Program-made: the position numbers and the translations under genes
Assembly: GCA_032718475.1 (NCBI GenBank)
Contig: JAUCBJ010000735.1
Coordinates: forward strand, 1 to 64,000
Length of the DNA: 64,000 nucleotides
Source of the DNA: Nemertoderma westbladi
Lineage: Eukaryota; Animalia; Xenacoelomorpha
Direction of reading: 5' to 3'
Shown here: positions 57,495 through 64,000 of the stretch, piece after piece
How positions within the stretch are numbered: position 1 is the stretch's first letter
Layout of the letters: the number at the start of each line of letters is the position of its first letter
The notes under the pieces: generated by a model
Database searches by the model: none
What the model saw: the letters and a program-made list of their open reading frames with translations, nothing else
Told to the model about the DNA's origin: nothing

Positions 57495-59986
57495 CTATTT
57501 ACTAATATTGGGTGGAGATTTGTAGTCTCCTGTCTCGTTTCTAGTCTCTTCAAGGAGTACGAGACGTTGTACAGGCCTATCTACGGTACGTCCGTCGATA
57601 GTCCTTACAGTAACTGTCCTCACTACACCAGATGTAGGGTGCGTGGTCAAAATGACTCCAGTCAACCAAAACCGTCTTTTCAGATTAGCTTCAGCCAATA
57701 AAACATGGTCACCACGTCTTAAACATCGGGTATTTAGATACCAAGAGGTTCTGGTTGAAATAGAGGGCAAATAATATTTCTGCCATATTTCCCAGAATTT
57801 ATTTGCAAGTAATTGAGTGATTTTCCAAGCCTTGTTGCCGTATCCGTCACTATCAACGGGTACCGAAATGGGCAACAATGTCGTTGGCGCCTGCATAAGC
57901 AGGTGCGCTGGTGTCAAGGCAAACTGTACGTCGTTATTGTCTGGGATCAGAGCGATCGGTTTAAGATTGCTTCGATTTCTATTAGTAACGTCGTCAGTTG
58001 GTCGTCTGTCAATATGTGTTGCGTCGGTAGGACTTTAGCCATAGCTGTCTTAATTGAGCCAATCAGCCTTTCCCAAACGCCGCCTCTCCACGGACTGTCA
58101 GGAGTGTTGAAATTCCAAACAATACGGTGAGGACGCAGTTCCTCGGAAATCTGGTTTTGGTCCAACTTTCTCAAAGCTCTGGTTATCTCGTTTCGTGCAC
58201 CCACAAAGTTTGTCCCTTGGTCGCAGTAAATGGATTTGACCAATCCACGTCTAGCGATAAATCGCCGTAAGGCTAGGATAAAGGCATTGGTGGTCAAATC
58301 TGTCACTCGCTCTATATGGACAGCTCTGCTGGCCATGCAAGTGAAGATCAATCCCCAACGTTTTACCTGTACCCTTCCGCGTTTCGCGATTATGGGTCCA
58401 AAACAGTCTATCCCTGTCTCAGTGAAAGGGGGTCTAAACGCCTGTAATCTAGCTAATGGTAGTTCACTCATTTCTTGGTGTCCTATCCTCGCGTGCACCT
58501 TCTTACAAATCATACAGTTCCGTGTTACCGAACTCAGTGCCTTACTAGGTCTAATCAGTACAAACCTCGAGCGTAAGTGTGATAGACAGTGGTGTCTACC
58601 CACGTGTTTGAGTTGTACATGTGCGTCCAGTATCATAGGGCGCTGTAATTCATGGTGTTGTGGTATGATGATAGGATACCTAAAGTCAAGTGCAAAGTCG
58701 ATGTTTTGGAGTCTGGACTTGTGACAAAGTAAGCCCCGGTAAATAATCGGACTCCAACTCAAAATCGGTGAAGACTTAATCTGTTTACCTTGTTTGATCG
58801 CTGTGAACTCTCGTGCGAAATATCGCAATTGATAATGTCGAATGATATCAACTTCACAGTGGCCAACTTCCTTTAAGGTAAGTCTTCTAGGAAAGTCGCG
58901 TTTGCCTCTGGCATATTGTCTCAATCGTTTGAGCCATGCTAACTTGCGGCACGCATCAGTCCATGATCTAGTTAGGTTCACTATCCTGTCAATGTAAGTG
59001 TTAGTGACGTCATCAGGTAAGGTGTAGTCGTAGTGTGGATACTTGTCTGGACTTGGTAGGCCCACGGGCCTTCCGGTAGGTTTGTCTGAGTCCCCAAGTA
59101 CGTCAATCTTTACGGTCTTACCTTTACCGTCCGCACCTAATGTGTCGACTGGCAGTAACGGTTTCAACTCTACAGTGTCAGTGTGTTCCTGTGAGCCTGT
59201 AAGCTTCCTAACCTTAGTCACACGTTTACCTGTAGGTAGGTCAAGTACTTTCTTTGAGCGGAGTGTGATCGCTGTGGCCACACCTTTGTCGTCCAAAGAA
59301 GTCAAATTCGGTAAGTCTCTAAAGGTCCGCTCCAATGGGTCTTTTAGTGGAGTATCTAGTAGACAGTCTGGTGAAGCGTCCGGTGAACAGTCTGGCGAGA
59401 CGTCTGGTGAGACATAGCGCGGAACTTCCAGCGAAATGTCTTGTCGTCGGTCCCAAAGTCTGTCTGGCGTAACTTCCGTCAGAAAGTCTGGTTCAAAGTC
59501 TGGTGGACAGTCTGTCGAGATGTCTGGTGGAAAGTCTGGTGAGACGTCCGGTAGACATTCTGTCGAGAGTTCCATCAAACAATCTGGCAAACAATCCGGA
59601 GAACAATCTGGTGTTGCTTCTGGTGAATAGTCTGGCGAGTGATCTGGTGAACAATCCGGCGAAACGTCTGGTGAAATCTCCCGCGGAACATCCGGCGAAG
59701 GATTCGTACAAGCGTCTGGTCGAATGTCTGGTGAGACGTCTGGCGTAATGTCAGGTCTGGCATCCAGGTCATCAGATTTCGTCCGTCCTTTTTTCCTCTT
59801 GACCTTGGCGTTGGCTTTCGCTTTAGACTTGACAACCTTGTCGATTTTTATCTCGGCACCCTCTGGTATGGTGTTGGTTGTCGCGTCGAATAACGGTGGC
59901 CATTCGTCTGATGGTCGCTGTAGGAAATCGGGTCCTCTAAACCAAAAGGATTTATTGTCCGGTTTACAAAAGTCAAGCGGTTGCAT
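57495..59986 (-). pseudogene. BEL2 pol: RNase H-IN linker with SPD repeats, and integrase (frameshifted)
   Basis: WFRGPDFL, TGIDCFGP, SRAVHIE, CDQGTNFVGA, PWRGGVWERLI, TPAHLL, SGVVRTVTV. Confidence 0.93.
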
Positions 59987-60034
59987 CCCCCGTGACGCGA
60001 TGTCAGCTGGGTTCAGCTTCCCTGGACAGTGACG

Positions 60035-61363
60035 TCAATCTTGTTTGAGCGACCGGTCAGGTATTTCAGCCCGTCTGTTGGCTACGAAAGTCTTGAACTC
60101 AAACGCTTTGTTGTTTATGTACCAAAGTACCAACGTCGCATCCATCCAATATGTGACCTTCAAGTTAGCCTCCAGCTCGCATTGAACTAGACTGACAATA
60201 TCGGTGGATATCGTCCCGGCTTGCAGCTCCCCACGAGGTACAGTCATATACTTCAATGGCATTGTTCTAGCCCTTGAAGTAACGAGAGATACATCGTAGC
60301 TGTCCGATTTCACTTGTCGTCTAAGGTATAAAGTAACCCCCAATCCATCCTTGCTAGCGTCACTAAAGCTGTGAAGCTCTAAATCGGCAGGAAAGGTGGT
60401 TTGCAAAGGAAAGTATACCCTCGGTATGGTATATTCTTGTAGGAACGTCAGTTGGGCTTCCCAGTCCCTCCATCGCTCAGCTAACTTTTCTGGGATGGGA
60501 TTGTCCCATTCCAGTCCGGCTTGCCAAATGCTGCGGAGTATGATCCTGGCATGTAGGATCACTGGACTAATGAAACACAATGGGTCATACAATCGACTCA
60601 TGGTCGATAAGCAAGTCCTCTTAGTGAGAGGTCTAGTCTGGTCGTTGGACCTTACACGTACCCTAAAGTTGTCCGTGTTAGGGTCCCAACTAAGTCCTAA
60701 TACTTTGGTCGTCGGCAGAGGTTCTAGGTCTAAGTCCAAGTCACCTCCACTGCGATCCATCGGGTCAAATGAGTTCACCAGCTCGGGTTCGTTGGAAGCG
60801 AACTTCGTCAGGTGAAATCCGCCCTCGGCGAGACAATCCTGGAGTTGGTGTGCTACGGTTGTAGCGCGCTCCAAGGTGTCACAACTCTTGAGGCCGTCAT
60901 CCACGTAGAAATCTCGTTCCACGGTCCGAACTACTTCTGGGTCAAATTGGTCTCGTCTGTCTAATGCGGTCTGCTTTAATGCGTACATGGTGCAGTTGGG
61001 GCTGTCCCTGGCTCCGAATACTCATACCTGCATTTGGTAAGTTTCTGGCGGAAGTTGTAAGTTTCCATCCGGATACCAAAGAAACCTCAAGCTGTCCCTG
61101 TCCCGCTCCAAAGCCTTAACCTGGTGAAACATGGCCTCTACGTCACAGGTGAAAGCCACTTTGCGTTGTCTAAAACGCATTAGGACTCCCATGAGGTAAT
61201 TGTTCATATTCGGCCCGTCCATCAGTTCGCTATTCATAGACATCCCTTGGTAAAGCGCGGCGCAGTCATTGACTACACGCACCTTGCCAGGTTTGTCCGG
61301 GTGTCGAACAAAATGATGTGGCAGGTAATATGTCTGGTCTGTGGTTACCTCGGGATTTAACAT
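60035..61363 (-). pseudogene. BEL2 pol: reverse transcriptase and RNase H (with stops)
   Basis: YYLPHH, KVRVV, DVEAMFHQV, FYVDDG, KVLGLSW, LHSFSDAS, VPRGEL. Confidence 0.93.
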
Positions 61364-61381
61364 CCTAATGGCGTATCCCTT

Positions 61382-64000
61382 TTAGAGATACGTCTGAAGT
61401 TGTGCATTGTATTGCATATGGGCCGTCTCGTCTCGCAACAATCGCTGCCTTATTGATTTGAGTCGCCTCAAAGCAAGCGGGTAATTGTTAACGAGCTTAG
61501 GTTGTCCATTGCGCCACAACATACCAACCTCATAGTGGCCATTCGCGGTCTGGCGAATGGTATCTCTCATAATATTTAATGACCGTTTTTCCTGTTCTGA
61601 CATAGCGGTCTCGTAACTACCGGGTTCTGCTGAGTCCTGTTCCAACCATTGAATGGTCCGTTCAGTCAGCAGTCGGTCAAGCGCTGCTTGCACTGCGCCA
61701 TGGTCCTCGTCCACGTCTTCGTCCGCTGTGGTGGCTAGTGTCAATGTGTCTGGTAGGCTCGCAAGCCTTCCGGTGTCACTAGTCGGCGTCGAATCGTCGT
61801 GCGGCGGTTTGACAACTTCTTGATCTATCGGTAGGCTCGCAAGCCTTCCAAGATCAACGACCGGTGTCGAAGCCTGGTGGGTGGGGTCAATGACCTTCGG
61901 ATTTTTCGGTAGGCTCGCAAGCCTTCCAAAATCCTCGTTCATCGAGTCATCCATGGCAACAACCCTTTGGTCTTCAGTAGTCAATACAACCTGGTCTACT
62001 GCAAGTAGTTGTAAGTCAGAGGTCCGTATGGTCGTGTCCAGATCGGTTACGTCAGTATCGGTGGCGTCTGCGTTTGCGACGCAAGTCTGTCGTAGTGCCG
62101 TCTGTACAATTGGACCACAGGAGTGTGAAGGAGAATTATCTATCGTGTTAGTCAATAAACTACACGTACTCAAAACGTCGTCCTCCTGGTCACTTACCTC
62201 TAGTGAACGTATTGGTGCTCTAGTATACCAACCTATGGGAGTTCTACATGCGTAGGGGTTGCCCGCTGTAATAACAGATGGGCGTGTCTCCCATACCTGA
62301 TGTAAGTTAAACTGGTCTGTCCCAATTAACATCGCAATGGAACGATAATTAACAGGACATTCCGGTATTCCAAGGTGTCGGAAATACTTACGATCTTCCG
62401 GTGATTGCTCTGGCACAGGGCCGAGCAAGTTACTAAAGTCCTTCGTAGCTGCAAAGGTCAAATTTCTTACCGGAAGTAATGAGCGCTCCTCCTTGCTGTG
62501 TTCCGCTTTGGAAAGAAGAGTGTCTAAAGTTAGTTTTACTCTCGTCACAGGGATCGCTCTCTTACCATGCATGCTGCTTACAGTATACTGAGCAGTCTTA
62601 CCTTGACTCATGTCCGTAACTACGTCGGCTACTTGTTCGTCGACATAGCTATGTGATGACGCAGAGTCTAAGATGGCGTATATACGCTTGCTCCCTCGGG
62701 TTCCGGTAATCTTTATAGGAATCATGCTAAACCCTTTCAGTTGGTTCTGTGTGAGGAGCGTTATCGAACGCTGTTCCTCACCTGCATGCACGTAGAAAGT
62801 GTCGTCTTCCTCCTCGTTCTCGTCCGATGATCCTGACTGATCCATACAGTCTGTATAAAAGGTACGGATCTCGCGCAGCGCATGCTCCTTGTAAAGCGCG
62901 TCGCATCTAGCCGCTTTATCTGGATGCTCTCGTCGAAAGCGTCTGGTCGGAGTATGACTGGTTGTGTGAAGCAACGCGTCATGGTTACGTCCACACAGAG
63001 AACATGTATCGTCGCTCGGGCAATCCTTCCGGACGTGTCCTGGCTTCATACATCTCCAACAGGAATCTAACGATCGAATTTGGAGTCTCCTTTCTTCAAT
63101 CCCTAACTCCTTAAAAGCGCAACATCCACGAAGTTTATGTCCGCTGTAGTTTCTGCCGTTCTGTTCGCAGTACGAGAATCCCACAAAGTCCGCTGGCAAC
63201 TGCTGTCGTGGCTGCGTGGTGCCGATAGGCATCAGAACTTTAGAAGTCTCAGTAGGGGTGGCGTAAGTAACGGCTTTCGCGTTCGTCGGAAGTGGTTTAG
63301 TCCGATTCGGCGCAGATATAGCTATCCCTTCCGCCGCGATATGGTGATCGGTATAGTTCGATCGAGTCTCGATCACGGCCTCCCGTGAAATCAGTTGATA
63401 GACATCGGTGAGTTTTAATAACCCTCCGGCCTCTTCACGCTGGTACTCGATGCGTCGCCATTCTCGTCGGAGTCGATGGTGAAGTCGACCGATTATTCGA
63501 ATGAGAACCGTCGGTGCGTTAGCGTACTCGAGTTGTCCAATGGATCGTAAAGTCCCTATAGCGTTCTTGATTTTGTCCGCGAGTCGTAAAAGGTCGATTG
63601 GTTTCGAAATGTTGCCTCCTCTGCAGAGGTCTTCGATAATGGATTTAGCCATGGCGACGTTACCTCCGTAAATCGAATATAAACGGTCGTACGCCAACTC
63701 AAAGGCATCGGGAACACCAATAAAGGTTTCCACTAATCGTTTCGGCTCACCAGACAGAACTTGGAGCAAGTAATTAAACTTCTCCGTCGAGGTGAAAGCA
63801 TACTTAGCGATCTGGGACTCTACGTAGTCTACCAGTGTGCGCCAGTGTTTCGCGTTGCCAGAGAACTTTGGCGGTTGCTGTGCCGGTAATCCGTGTCTAG
63901 CCGCGAATTTCGCAATCTCGCTAACTAAGTCCAACTGTCCGCGTCCCTGTTCGGCGGCGTCGTCCAGTCGCTCCCTTCCGCGCGTTGTTCGTCGGTAGGA
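61382..64000 (-). CDS. BEL2 Gag, protease and RT N-terminus (begins upstream of the window edge)
   Basis: KFSGNAKHW...EKFNYLLQVLSGEP, CWRCMKPGHVRKDC, CSLCGRNHDALLH, AILDSASSHSYV, TPIGW, GHYEVGMLW. Confidence 0.92.
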   Translation of the reverse strand, partial: SYRRTTRGRERLDDAAEQGRGQLDLVSEIAKFAARHGLPAQQPPKFSGNAKHWRTLVDYVESQIAKYAFTSTEKFNYLLQVLSGEPKRLVETFIGVPDAFELAYDRLYSIYGGNVAMAKSIIEDLCRGGNISKPIDLLRLADKIKNAIGTLRSIGQLEYANAPTVLIRIIGRLHHRLRREWRRIEYQREEAGGLLKLTDVYQLISREAVIETRSNYTDHHIAAEGIAISAPNRTKPLPTNAKAVTYATPTETSKVLMPIGTTQPRQQLPADFVGFSYCEQNGRNYSGHKLRGCCAFKELGIEERRLQIRSLDSCWRCMKPGHVRKDCPSDDTCSLCGRNHDALLHTTSHTPTRRFRREHPDKAARCDALYKEHALREIRTFYTDCMDQSGSSDENEEEDDTFYVHAGEEQRSITLLTQNQLKGFSMIPIKITGTRGSKRIYAILDSASSHSYVDEQVADVVTDMSQGKTAQYTVSSMHGKRAIPVTRVKLTLDTLLSKAEHSKEERSLLPVRNLTFAATKDFSNLLGPVPEQSPEDRKYFRHLGIPECPVNYRSIAMLIGTDQFNLHQVWETRPSVITAGNPYACRTPIGWYTRAPIRSLEVSDQEDDVLSTCSLLTNTIDNSPSHSCGPIVQTALRQTCVANADATDTDVTDLDTTIRTSDLQLLAVDQVVLTTEDQRVVAMDDSMNEDFGRLASLPKNPKVIDPTHQASTPVVDLGRLASLPIDQEVVKPPHDDSTPTSDTGRLASLPDTLTLATTADEDVDEDHGAVQAALDRLLTERTIQWLEQDSAEPGSYETAMSEQEKRSLNIMRDTIRQTANGHYEVGMLWRNGQPKLVNNYPLALRRLKSIRQRLLRDETAHMQYNAQLQTYL

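Larger units (their letters stand above)
50079..64000 (-). mobile_element. BEL/Pao LTR retrotransposon 2 (5' part outside the window) with accessory ORFs
   Basis: BEL gag-pol at 57495-64000 and accessory ORFs at 52737-56766. Left boundary inferred from the abrupt break of the BEL1-like LTR at tgtaagg. Confidence 0.88.

Overview
This is eukaryotic (invertebrate-animal-like) genomic DNA, almost all of it nested transposable elements. It contains one host gene, a three-exon PPAT (amidophosphoribosyltransferase) on the minus strand (CDS exons 25664-25153, 24091-23836, 6041-5298; 503 aa). Its 17.8-kb intron 2 holds about 100 copies of a 50-bp minisatellite copied from the exon 2 end and splice donor. 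That array is split by an 11.2-kb Gypsy LTR element whose integrase ends in a PWWP chromatin-reader domain missed by the ORF track; the Gypsy in turn hosts CACTA-like, Helentron-like, Harbinger-like and CRE-like inserts. Upstream of PPAT, an RTE-like LINE is split by a complete 18.6-kb BEL/Pao element, and a second, divergent BEL/Pao element runs off the right edge. Both BEL elements carry a homologous accessory cassette after integrase: an unknown Zn-binding protein plus a DEDDy 3'-5' exonuclease-like/zinc-knuckle protein. The complete element has no tRNA primer site; it has instead a 16-nt site complementary to its own LTR, suggesting self-priming. All family assignments are by-eye motif recognition, not database searches.
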